Positions 1-11,100 of a stretch of 64,000 nucleotides of DNA are shown piece after piece. The DNA is from Epithemia pelagica (taxonomy: Eukaryota > Protista > Bacillariophyta), in assembly GCA_946965045.2 (NCBI GenBank), contig OX337232.1:744001-808000 (forward strand). The letters are read 5' to 3'. The first letter of the stretch is position 1. Every line of letters begins with the position of its first letter. Under the pieces are notes generated by a model. That model was given only the letters and a program-made list of their open reading frames with translations, did not search any database and was not told the DNA's origin. The translations under genes and the position numbers were made by a program.

Positions 1-1
1 C

Positions 2-400
2 TAAATCCTCACGAGTCAATGATGTAGTACCACTACTTGAACGATACCCCCAGTGCATCCAATCGTCAGTGGTTGAATGGTTATTGTTGTTGTTGTTGCT
101 GCTGCTGATGTCGTTTTGAGGCAGTCTCTCCATTGTACGACCGATCAAGGCCAAGCGATGGCGAAGATTGGCAATCGATTCCATGACTTGAAACAAGTGT
201 TGATCGGTTGCATACCAATCCAAGACAAATCGTTTTTCGAAGGATGTGACTGCCAATTGCAATGTCTTTTGGGTGTCTGTCGATTTGTTCTTTTGGTTGC
301 TCCTCTTTGACTGAGAGTGTGTTGGGCGACCATGAGATGGAGGGACCGGAGACGAAACTGAGCCTGGATTACTGGGAGTGGGAGCGGGTGGTACAGTCAT
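2..400 (-). CDS. Hypothetical protein, N-terminal part; runs off the left edge of the window
   Basis: ATG at 400 (minus) opens a stop-free frame to the window edge (MTVPPAPTPSNPGS...FEKRFVLDWYATDQHLFQVMESIANLRHRLALIGRTMERL). Translated by hand; absent from the ORF track because no stop lies in the window. Confidence 0.55.
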   Translation of the reverse strand, partial: MTVPPAPTPSNPGSVSSPVPPSHGRPTHSQSKRSNQKNKSTDTQKTLQLAVTSFEKRFVLDWYATDQHLFQVMESIANLRHRLALIGRTMERLPQNDISSSNNNNNNHSTTDDWMHWGYRSSSGTTSLTREDL

Positions 401-884
401 CGTCGACAAATTAGTAGAAGATCGTTTTCCGGTCAAGAGAAACTGTTGATAGGCCGCTGAATCAAAGTCCAAAGTTGCTTCCGAAAGGCCTTGCAGGCCC
501 GGTTCGCTGGATGGGTCCTTCTTCTCGTGTGACTGTAAGCTGCTAGTTGGAGAGCTGGAAGAAGGCATGTTTGTTTGTCGTTTGGATAGGCCTTGATACG
601 GTTTGTTTGTGTTGGACGTGTGTGGCAAAAGGAGTGTGGTGATTCTCTTGTGACTGTGTGGTTTGCTTTGTTCTCTAGTTTAGAAAAAGTAAATAGGGTC
701 AAAGCGTTTCCGATTTGCTTCGATGGGAAAAAGGTTTCTTGAATGAATGGGTCAATGGGTCAATTTTGAATGATGAAAATGGGGAGATGACAAAAGTCTT
801 GTGGATCAACGGAACTGGTTTGTGTTCTTGATGTGGATTCTTGTATTTTTTGTCTTGCTTTCTTCTTCGACACTTGTGTTATTA

Positions 885-1103
885 TTATTGTTGCTGAAGG
901 CGTTGTTGACGTCGTTCTTGATCTTGTTGAGCGGCAATTACTTCGGGTTTGTCAGAGGAAAAGATGTTGTGTCCTTGTCGCTTATCTCCCATCCCATTCA
1001 TGAAGGGAATGGCACACGCCACGGTAATCACCACGGCCGTTCCAAAAGCTTTCCAACCCACACTGCCGGGAAGACGATTCACCCACTGATCCACCAAACT
1101 CAT
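885..1103 (-). CDS. Small (72 aa) single-pass membrane protein
   Basis: ATG start, one hydrophobic segment (WKAFGTAVVITVACAIPFM), then a charged tail (GHNIFSSDKPE...QQRLQQQ). Family not recognised. Confidence 0.55.
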   Translation of the reverse strand: MSLVDQWVNRLPGSVGWKAFGTAVVITVACAIPFMNGMGDKRQGHNIFSSDKPEVIAAQQDQERRQQRLQQQ

Positions 1104-1810
1104 ATGTGTGTGTGTGTGCGTGGACTTGTAGAGGATGCTTTGATAGTATTAATTTGGAACCTATGCGGTTTGGAATCCACCGGTGAGAAATAGGTTACAG
1201 ATGAATAATAATATAATCAACAATTGTCTTCTCTTGTCGACAACCTGAGCATCAATGCAATGATCGTCGGTTTGCTGATCTGGTGGCGGCGAATCCACAT
1301 GATGTGATGATGACGCGTCTGTAAGTCTATCCGTGGATCGCGCAAACATTTTGTGCCATTCAGATGGATACGGATTACGGAATACGGAGACTAACAATAT
1401 ATTGGAGTAGCAACGATACTCTATGTGCTTTCCCCTTCCAACTCGTACAAGTCTAGAGTCTACTGGATGAGAAAAAGGATGTGGTGGGTTTGGCTCTGAA
1501 ACGAGCAGAAATAGTCGTCGTTGTCGCCGTCAATCTAACGAGGTAGGACAACCGTACAGTCTTTGTAAGCAACGCCGTATCTGTCCGCTTAGCCAAGGCA
1601 ACCACCATGCAGCTGATTGGTTTCCACGGCATAGAAATAATGGCACCTTGTTCTCACGCAGCAACCGTTTCCCATCCCTCGCGTTCCACCATAAATTTCT
1701 TACATATGTAAACATCAGTATCCTGATCTATACTATCGGACGACCGATCCAGTACCAGCCTTCCCAATAGCCGTTTGTGGTTGAAGCGAGGGACCATTTT
1801 TTTGCTGTTG

Positions 1811-1993
1811 TTACAGAAATGCCCCTTCCTCGTCCACATCCTTGTCGTTCTGGTCGATCGTACCGCCTAGAGTTTTGTCGTCATCCTCTCGATCCTCATC
1901 ATCATCCAACCACAAATCCATGGCAGTCTCATATTCCTCATCACCATCGAGACCCAGTTGGGACCAAAAGTCACGACTTGCGTCCTCTGACTC

Positions 1994-2031
<38 letters not shown>

Positions 2032-4645
2032 CGTCGTCGTGTGTATCATTCTTGTCGTTGTTGTCTGACTTGTGAATGCGGCTCCTCATACCTCCTGCTG
2101 AAAAACTGCTTTCAAAACTACTTTGTCGACTTGATTCTTCCTCTCGAGCCTGTTTGGATTGGCCCCATGGGGCGGCTCCTCCTCCTCCTCCATGTGGACG
2201 ACGACGACGACGTCCATCACCACGAGTAGTAGCAGAACTACTCGGAGTCGTCCTCCTCCTCCTTTTGGTCGTCAACGGGGGCAGTGGTTGAACCAAGGCG
2301 GCTTGCAAGGCATCGTACAAGCGACGACAGGGAATCCATTGCAATCCCGAGGGAACCTTCTGTTGTTGTTGATACTGTTGGGAAGCGGGGGGTGTAATGA
2401 CTCGGGAAAATCCCAATCGATGGGCTTCCACCAATCGCTTGTCCAAGGCCGCCACGGGTCGCAATTCTCCCAACAAGCCCACTTCCCCGACCAAGACGGT
2501 ATCGGCACGAACCGGAATTTGCACAAAACTACTCACCAACGCCACAGCTGTGGCCAAATCTGTGGCATGTTGGTTCTTATTATTTGGACGACGACCAGCA
2601 GTGTCTTGTTGTTCGGTAGTCGACACGGCGACATTGACATAAATATCATGATGACGAGACAAGGACCAGGGCAATCCACATCGTTTTTGCAAGACACCCA
2701 ACAAGAGGAGCAATCGTGCGGGGGCCATGCCTTGGACGGTTCGTCGACCCACAGCAGCAGCAGCACCACCACCACCGCCCGTGAGGGGTGTCACCAAGGC
2801 TTGAACTTCGACGGCCATGGCTCGCATTCCTTCCATGACCATGGCAATGGCACAGCCTTCCGCGTCCTCGGATTCGGACCGCGACGATACAAACAAGGTG
2901 GAGGGATCCGAAACGGGTCGCAATCGACCCGTTGTCATTTCATACATGCCGACGGCATCTTGCGATCCAAATCGATTTTTACTGGCTCGTAACAGTCGCA
3001 CTTGATGAATGGTACTACTACTGGTCCCATAGTGTTCCAAATACAAGACGGCATCGACCATGTGTTCGACGGTACGGGGACCCGCAACAGTGCCAGATTT
3101 GGTCACGTGACCGACCAAGACAATGGGAATGCCCGTGGATTTGGCCAAGCGTAACAGCAGGGCGACACATTCCCGAACTTGGGTAATACTACCGGCCGAT
3201 CCCGAGGCCGAATGACATACCATGGTTTGAATGGAATCCAAAATCACCACGGACGGTGGCAAGGCTTGCCACACAAAAGACGACGACGATGACAAGAAGG
3301 ACGGGTCCTCCTCGTCCTGCTCGGATTCCGACCACTGGTTCTTCTTTTCCGTGTTCTTCTTCTTCTTTTTTGACAATTGCTGTTGTTGCTCGTAGTGTTG
3401 CAAGGATTGAATGACCTTGGCACACAGGGTATCGACAACGGTTTCGGACCAGAGCCACAATTCGGACGAGTCCAGTCCCAAGCGATGCGCCCGGGCGGCA
3501 ATTTGTTCGGGACTCTCTTCGCCCGAACAATACCAGACGGGCCCCAGTGGTGGAGGATGGTTGTTGTTAGTAGTAGTAGTGTGGTTGTGGTTTGGTTTTG
3601 AAACAGTAGTCGTGGCGGGTCCCATGCCAATGCCCGGTGTGGGTTGCGAACTGTAGGTCGCAATGGCCCCGGCCATTTGCAACAAGAGGGTTGATTTGCC
3701 CACACCCGGGTCGCCTCCAATCAACACGAGAGATCCCGGTACCAAGCCTCCCCCCAAGACGGTAGTGAATTCGTCATCATGGGGAATGGGAATGCGTTCT
3801 CGACGACGACGAGGACGATTGGAGGATGCTTCTTCTCCCGTGTCGTCGTCGTCGGTTTGTTGGGGATACAAATCGGTAATGCGGACCGGCCTGCCGTGTG
3901 GCATCCAGGACGAAGAAGAAGAAGAAGCATCCGCCAGGACACCATCGAGCCAAGAAGTCGGCAAAGGACCGGCCGCTGGTCCAAACACGGGCCATCCTGC
4001 ACCATTACCACTCGTCATGGTTGTCGCATCCCGTACGACGGCATGTTCTTGAAGGGTATTCCATTGATGACACGTGGGACATTTGCCTCGCCATTGCACA
4101 AATTCACTTCCACAATTGCTGCACAAATAAACGGTAGCAAGGGACGACGAAGATTTGCCCATGGCCTTGCGTTGATTGGGACTCGACCGTCCGCGGCCAT
4201 AGCCAAAGGACGAAATACTACTACTACTACTACTGGCCGAAGTAGAAAGGGGATGGCGAAATTGCGACACGTCCACTTCCGGAGGATCGTCGTCGTCGTC
4301 ATACTCGTCGTTTTCGTCATGAGGAGTGTCTCGGTAGAGACACAAGGTAGTCGTTTTCGTCGAACTACGAGGGGAGCAGAAATTTTTCGCCCATCCAATC
4401 CTCCGAGGAGAAAGGACCATGGTGGTTGGACCAAACGTCGATGGATTCCTCGTCGTCATGGGACGAGGAGGAGACCATGCTGCCGCTTGCACCGCAAACA
4501 CGGTCGGCTGCCACCACCACCACCAACCCAAGAGCGACGACAGTTGCAACGCAAGGACCAGAGATTGAACGACTTCCCCATTTTTGGAATTCTGATTGCT
4601 TCGACCAAAAGTATCCATCCTGGAACAAGGACTTATCAGTGTCAT
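1811..4645 (-). CDS. radA: DNA repair protein RadA/Sms, probably plastid-targeted
   Basis: C4 zinc finger (CSNCG...CPTC), Walker A GGDPGVGKST, Walker B VILDSIQT, GHVTK...AGPRTVEHMVD, KNRFG motif and a Lon-like C-terminal domain (GEVGLLGELRPV). Hydrophobic N-terminal stretch followed by AAAW-SPP resembles a diatom bipartite targeting signal. True start codon uncertain. Confidence 0.93.
4399..4560 (+). repeat. Direct repeat copy A (RadA 5' coding segment); partner at 7384-7542
   Basis: tcctccgaggagaaaggacc...cagttgcaacgcaaggacca recurs at 7384-7542 with a few substitutions and three 3-nt indels. Confidence 0.93.
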
Positions 4646-7383
4646 CCTGACGGCGTTGTCGTTGTGGCTGTGTTATTTGGTGGTTCTCCTGATCTTATTC
4701 CTTGGGGGTATCTTTTCCGACCGTTACTACTCAGCGGTGGGATCCTTTGAATGGTCATAAATCCTCTTTTCCATTGGCGGATACTTTCGATCGAGAGTAC
4801 AAGGCCGCAGTACCCCGAGCGGGGTAGGATTACCCTAGAGTAGCGTTAGCTAGCAACCCTCGAAAGGGGGAAGGCGAACGGCGATGCATACTACAATATA
4901 CTCGCCAGAGAGTGTGCGGCCATGGACTCCCGGACGCAAAATCTGTCGACTCGCATCACAACAAAATCCAAACGGTGCACATTCGGGATTGACGGTTGAC
5001 AGAATACAAGAACTTAAGGAGCGAGACGTAGCTTGTGACAATATAATGTTTCGAGACGGCATTGGGATGGCGGATCAACATGGCGACGGTGACAAAAAGA
5101 AGAAAACGTTTCTTCTCACAGTGGGAACTGATGCCTTTCAAGAACACGACTTGCACAATTGGATGAGGGGGAAACCATACTTGAAGGAACTTGTGGCTGG
5201 AGAGTCGATTGATGAAGCAGAAAACACCATGGACTCTGATCAAAGACAAATATTCGCCGCAATCTCGGATGAAGAGATGCAAGAGAAATTTCGAGAAATG
5301 CTGCAGCGGACGAATCAAAACAGGAGGCTAGCTGAGAAGCTCCATAGCATACAAGCCACAACACGTGAGATCCAAACACAACTGCGTATGCTCTCTGGTC
5401 TTAGCCAAGCAGAGGGCAGCTTGAGCACTTCCACCAGGGAAACTTCTTCGAAGATGCCAAAATTTTCCTGGGAATCACGCTTACCGCTTTCCATTGCCGA
5501 GAACAAGAGTTTATACTCTCCTGTCCTAGAAAACCCCGGGTCTATCGATAGCATCTTTGAAAAAATTACGGAGTTGGGGAACGAAGAAAATTCTCAGGCA
5601 GAAGGTCGACTCCGGAAGCTCGCGGCTCGCCTTGACTCCTATTTGTCGAAATGCCATGTGTTGAAAAAGAGCGACAAGTCCTATGCGGAGAAAATCCGAA
5701 AGTCCATTTCACAGATGGAAGAATATGCTCTTGTGGAGCATGGCAACCAAGGACTGATAAAAAGTGGCAGGGCTGTTATGCCAGGTCCCTACTCACAAGA
5801 AAAAGAGGGTATTCAACCCTTTCTGCAGGCGTTGATGCAGTTGGTTGGTAAATGCCTTGAACCTCCCCAGATGAACATATCAAGTCCTGTGAAATCCTCC
5901 GTTCGGAAAGAGGTCCCTATTCTTCAAACCCAATACCGCTCCAAGCGGTTTATTGATTTTATGCTTTCGAAAGATGGTGTCCTTTTTGACGACATGATAA
6001 AGATTCCTATGGAAACCAAGCCTGGTTGGCGGAAAGGAAGAAATTCACTGTCACTACTCGATGAGGGTAGAGACCAGGTCCTATCTCATTTAGCACAACA
6101 ATTGTTCCTCGGCTTCAACTTTGCTGGAATCGGTGTTCCATGCCATGCAACAGGACTGGTTGCAAACATGGCTGGAGTAAGAGTAATCTATTTACGTTAC
6201 GAGAAAGTGGGTACCGAGGAAGCTAAATTGAGACTTTTCCAGTCCCATCTCCTACCTCTTATGAGTGCTGCGAATTTTGATAAGTGGGTCAAGGATGTCC
6301 CGCAAAAGGGAAGAGATGACTTGAGAAAGGAACTATACGGTGAGAACGGCAACGAGGGTGTTGAAGGTAATTTACCAAAAGGTCTCTGTCTTCTATTCAA
6401 CTTGATGCTACAAAAGAGTGACCATCTGCAAGGGTTCTCCACGAACCTGGAGAGCAAAGAACTTGGTACTCAACTTGGCTCAGGCAGTACGGCTGTAGTT
6501 TTCCGTCGACTGAATTCTGACAAAGAGCCTGACGGTGTAGTAAAAGTATCTCGGTACGGAGTCAAACAAGATATTGAACATGAACTGGAAATTCTTCAAG
6601 AGCTCACTACAACCTCATCAATGAACAAGCACATACCAAGAATCATTGACGAAAAATCGAAATCCATTCGGGTTCAAATTGGATCAGTTTGGGCAGACCT
6701 GCCAGCGATCCGAACGAAACCTGAAGGAACCCCGGCTTCGCATCATTTTTCGCAGGCTCCAGTAGATACTCATGTCCACCTCGCTGCAGTTCTGAATGGA
6801 GTAGGCTGTGCTTTATTCCACATGCATTCGAAAAATATCTTTCATCTTGACGTTTCTCCCAAAAATATTGTGTTTGTTGATCAAGAGGCTGTTCTGATTG
6901 ATTATTCGCTTGCATACAAACGTCCGAGCGGTAAAAACAACGGTCGTGGCAAAAATCTTGTCAAGGGCTTCTTTGGAACACCCAACTACGCGCATCGGGA
7001 AATATTCAATGCTTATCTCAAGGGACAGCAACACTGGAAACCTGCTGAAAAGCATGATGAGGCAGGGCTTGGTTTCGCTTTGGCTTTTTTTGCTGCTGGC
7101 TCTGTGCGCATGTGGTCAGTTGACCACTATCCGATATACAAGAGCAATCCGACACCGAGTGAGGCACAAGAACTGAAAAAAACAATGGACAGGCGCGTTG
7201 AGGCGGCAACAGAAGTGGTTGATAAGAGAGTTGGAACTCATGAGCTCAATGAGCGCATCAAGCGCCTTATTTTGAAGGACAAGGAGTAAAACTGTAACAC
7301 ACTACTCTGGTTACGGCATTTCTTTTGGATTTTAGTACGTCCTTGGTATCTTGTGGGATAGCGGCAATGACCCATCTATAAAC
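4561..7383 (+). mobile_element. Putative inserted nuclease-kinase cassette bounded by duplicated RadA sequence
   Basis: A 2.8-kb unique segment carrying one gene lies exactly between the two direct repeats. No terminal inverted repeats or transposase seen, so mobility is an inference. Confidence 0.4.
4884..7289 (+). CDS. PD-(D/E)xK-like nuclease + Ser/Thr kinase fusion (CR/Crinkler-like architecture), intact 801 aa
   Basis: Kinase motifs LGSGSTAVV, VVKVS, EHELEIL, HLDVSPKN, IDYS, GTPNYAHRE, HDEAG. Upstream nuclease-like motifs EKEGIQPF...FIDF...IPMETK...EGRDQVLSHL are shared with the paralogue at 45.2-47.6 kb. Confidence 0.75.
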   Translation: MHTTIYSPESVRPWTPGRKICRLASQQNPNGAHSGLTVDRIQELKERDVACDNIMFRDGIGMADQHGDGDKKKKTFLLTVGTDAFQEHDLHNWMRGKPYLKELVAGESIDEAENTMDSDQRQIFAAISDEEMQEKFREMLQRTNQNRRLAEKLHSIQATTREIQTQLRMLSGLSQAEGSLSTSTRETSSKMPKFSWESRLPLSIAENKSLYSPVLENPGSIDSIFEKITELGNEENSQAEGRLRKLAARLDSYLSKCHVLKKSDKSYAEKIRKSISQMEEYALVEHGNQGLIKSGRAVMPGPYSQEKEGIQPFLQALMQLVGKCLEPPQMNISSPVKSSVRKEVPILQTQYRSKRFIDFMLSKDGVLFDDMIKIPMETKPGWRKGRNSLSLLDEGRDQVLSHLAQQLFLGFNFAGIGVPCHATGLVANMAGVRVIYLRYEKVGTEEAKLRLFQSHLLPLMSAANFDKWVKDVPQKGRDDLRKELYGENGNEGVEGNLPKGLCLLFNLMLQKSDHLQGFSTNLESKELGTQLGSGSTAVVFRRLNSDKEPDGVVKVSRYGVKQDIEHELEILQELTTTSSMNKHIPRIIDEKSKSIRVQIGSVWADLPAIRTKPEGTPASHHFSQAPVDTHVHLAAVLNGVGCALFHMHSKNIFHLDVSPKNIVFVDQEAVLIDYSLAYKRPSGKNNGRGKNLVKGFFGTPNYAHREIFNAYLKGQQHWKPAEKHDEAGLGFALAFFAAGSVRMWSVDHYPIYKSNPTPSEAQELKKTMDRRVEAATEVVDKRVGTHELNERIKRLILKDKE

Positions 7384-7576
7384 TCCTCCTAGGAGAAAGG
7401 ACCATTGTGGTCTTTGGACCAAACGTCGATGGATTCGTCGTCATGGGACGAGGAGGAGACCATGCCGCCGCTTGCACCGCAAACACGGTCGGCTGCCACC
7501 ACCACCAACACAAGAGCGACGACAGTTGCAACGCAAGGACCACCCAATACTTGAAACGAATTGGCTCCATCGTCAT
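7384..7576 (-). pseudogene. Truncated duplicate of the RadA N-terminus with a signal-peptide-like start
   Basis: MTMEPIRFKYWVVLALQLSSLLCWWWWQPTVFAVQAAAWSPPRPMTT matches the RadA N-terminus and stops after SPRRSL (stop at 7376). Confidence 0.85.
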
Positions 7577-8129
7577 GGAAGGATAGACGCACAGTGGAAC
7601 TGGCTTGTTGGTGAAAAGGGTGCGACCTAATGGAGACTAGCCTCTAGAGCTGACTCACAAGGCCCTACGTCACCTTGCCCAACCAGCCTCACACTTGGAC
7701 TGACGCACTACTTGCATATCTTTTAGGAACGTGGTGACTGTGTGGCGATCGGTCATTTGCCGGCTGCTCGGTAGGCTCGCTGACTGGGTATTACTGGTTG
7801 GGCAGTAAGGGCCATTGTCGAGTTTTCGAGCTCGGTGACATGGACTGACTGCGAAACGTTCGTCGATTTATAAATTCTGGTAGGGCCTTATGCCACGGGC
7901 AATTCTACCACCACACAGGTTGCTGGATTCTCCTTTTCTCTTTCTTTCTGTCTCTCTCTCTTTTTTATTGTTGTTTTTCGAAGAAGTGACAACTCGGTAT
8001 AGAGAAAGGCATTGTTTGCCTCATTCAGTCATTCATTCTCTCTCATGGATTGTATTCTTTCAAAACTGTGTCATTAGTAGCAACCGGGACACTCTCTCTT
8101 CACCCACAACTCATCTTGTATAACCAACC

Positions 8130-11100
8130 ATGGAACAAACCACTGCTAGTACGACCCGTCCTTCTTCCAACCATGGCGGCGGCTACTCGTTGGACAATCT
8201 TACCACTTCTACGCCTCGTCGAGGTTCCGTGGACAAGGAACGTCCCCCTTCGGACACAATTGTGGTGAATCATCCACCACCAACAGCAGGTAGTCGCAAC
8301 AGCAACAGCAGCAACAAAAAGGCCTCGTCGTCGTCCAATAATGCACAATATTGTTATCGTCAACCCATATCGCAGTTTCGATCTACACCCACCACTTCCA
8401 CTGTCAAACAACATGCTCCTCCCACCACCACCCGGACCACAACAACGACTCGGGAGGAGGAACCGCGACCTTCGCCGTACCAGAACATGGAGTACGAATC
8501 GGCCGAAGAGTTCACCAATGCCCTTCGAGGACGACAACGCAACAACAAGAACAAGCAAGAAGAACCCTCGGTGGCATCCACCAAAACTCGGAGTACATCC
8601 TCATCTTCAACCGAATTCTTTCAATATGACAATATCATTGAAGAAGAAGAGGACGAAGTAGATGAAGAAGTTCCCAGCAGCGCTAGCACTCGACGACGAC
8701 GCAAACGAAGCAAATCCAAACCAACCACCCGCAAGAAAAAGAGTCGTCGAGGACGTCGCAAAGATCGCAATCGCGACACCGACAACACGGACGAAGAAAA
8801 TCCTTATAGTACCGACCACAGGCCCATGACCGCCGTTCCGGAAGAAGGCGATTCTTGTATCGAAGAGTTGGACGAGGAAACCAAAACCTTGTTTCGTCGG
8901 GCGGCCGATTTCATTCAACCCAGTTCCCTCTTTCGCTTGATTGTCCACTTGTATGGGGAACGCAAACTCGTGGTCTTTTTTTGGTTGCACTTTGTGGCCA
9001 CCATGGCCATTTGGGTCCATTTTGGCTTGATCAAATGGGACGAACAACGCGCCACGGTACCCGACGGGGCACCCAATTATTGGTGGAAACGCATTGCCCC
9101 ACCCTTGGAATTTGGCTCCATGCATGCCATTTTGTTTCAAATGGCCCTCCTGCCCCTCACCATGTCTCGCTTTTCCATTGCGGCCCTGTCCGATTCCCTG
9201 GTCGATCGCTTTATTCCCATGAATCGCATGTTGCGCATTCACATTCATCTCGGATACACCATGGTACGTCCTTTGTTGTTGTTTTTGTTGTTGTCGTCGG
9301 ATATAGTACGATACCAATCAACCAACACAACAACTACACAACCACTGTTTTGTGGGAACCAAAAAGGCCTGTGTGGAAACATACACACACACACGAGACA
9401 CGTGTGAGTTGGGAATCTTTAATCTCTGACACTGTTCATGCGTGTTTTGTTATGTTTTGTTTTGTTTTGGGCGAAATTGGATGATCATGATGATGATTTA
9501 TATAGGTGGGCATTGTCTTTCTGGCCGTCGTCTTTTTCTTTCTCTTTTTTGGTCTCTTGTGCAGTCGGGGAGAAGAAGCCTTTTGTGACAAGTTCACGTC
9601 GGAAATCATGATTACCGGCTATCTCATTTTGGGATTTTTGCTCCTCATTGGTGGTACCTCGTACGTGCGGCACAAGATCCCCTATGAAGTCTTTTATGTG
9701 GTACGACCAAAACAAACAGAAAAACAAACAAAGACATGTTTGGTCAAAAGAGCTGTAAAAACTCTACGGCCTTTTGGAGCGTTTCAATGGACTTACCGTT
9801 TCTTCTTTTCTCGGTTTTGCGGTATATTTGTTGTTGTCATAGATTCATCATGCCGTATTTCTCTTGTACTTGGTCACGATTCTACACACCTTGGACAAGG
9901 TAGAGCGTGACGATGGTCGCAAACGGAGTCAAACCTTCAAGTGGTTCTCCTCGACGCTCTTGTATTATGCCTGTGACCGCATTGCCATGCATCTCAATCA
10001 CCGATACCGCGCCAAGGTCCTGTCGTCCGTGGCTGTGGAAGGGGCCGATAGTTCCCGCATGCTCTTGGTCAAATTGCGACGACCGGCCTTGTTTCAATTC
10101 AAACCGGGCCAATACGCCTTTTTAAAAGTTCCCGCCATTGATCATCATTGGCATCCCTTTTCCATTGCGTCCGGTCCCTCGTCTCGCAATCTCGAGTTTT
10201 ATATTGAAGTCTTTGGTCCCGCCACCTGGACCGGACAACTCTGGACCCTGCTCGGTGGCGACGATGTCGATGGTTTGAATCCTTCTGAACAGGTCGACAT
10301 GGAAGTCATGGGGCCCTATGGAACCAGCCTGGGTGCTAGCACGGGAGACTACTCGCATGCCTTGGCCATTGGAGCTGGAACAGGTACGTGTGAAGAGGAA
10401 CGACTTCCACAAATGTGGATCCAAAAAACCACATTGTGTATTGTAGTGTGTCACATGAGTCTCATTTTGAAACTGCCCTTTTGTTTCCTCTCTCTCTTTT
10501 GTGTAGGAATTGTCCCCGTGTCGGCCATGTTTCAAGAACATGTCCGAAATGTTCTTCGTCTCTCTCCCGACGTTCATTTTCGCATTGTGGAGGAGGCACG
10601 AAAGCATCGGGCCGAATACGAATTTGCCGAAGAAGAACGCAAGGGTTCCGTGGCCAAAAAGATTGCCAGTCAGTGTTGTGGACCATCCCACCAGAGGAGA
10701 GGAGGACTTGATGACCAAGCCTTTGGACAAACCCGAAAGGATTCACGGCGCCACACCATTATGAGTACCTTGACCGAAGTGTCCAACGAAGCACTGCAAT
10801 CCGTATCAGATAGCTCGTTCAATGCTGCCATTCCATCGAGATCGACCAATGATTTGAAACGGGCGGCCTTTCAGGCGACCAAGTCAATCTACGGTGTGGT
10901 TTTTATGGGCTTTTTGACTGTGTATGCCGCCACAGTGCTCAGTCTCTCACTGGTAAGTTCTTCCGACCGTAGGGAGTTAGACACTGGCATTTTCGATCCC
11001 CTCTAACATGACCCTTGCGTGCTGTTTCGTAGTCTTGGAACACAATCCCAATCGATCTGTACAAAGGAATGACAGGCTTTTTACAGGTGGTGACATGGAT

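Noticed and set aside
2000-2040. (GTT)n/(CAA)n runs here and at ~40200
   Set aside because: They are ordinary poly-Gln/Thr/Asn coding microsatellites, common throughout this genome.
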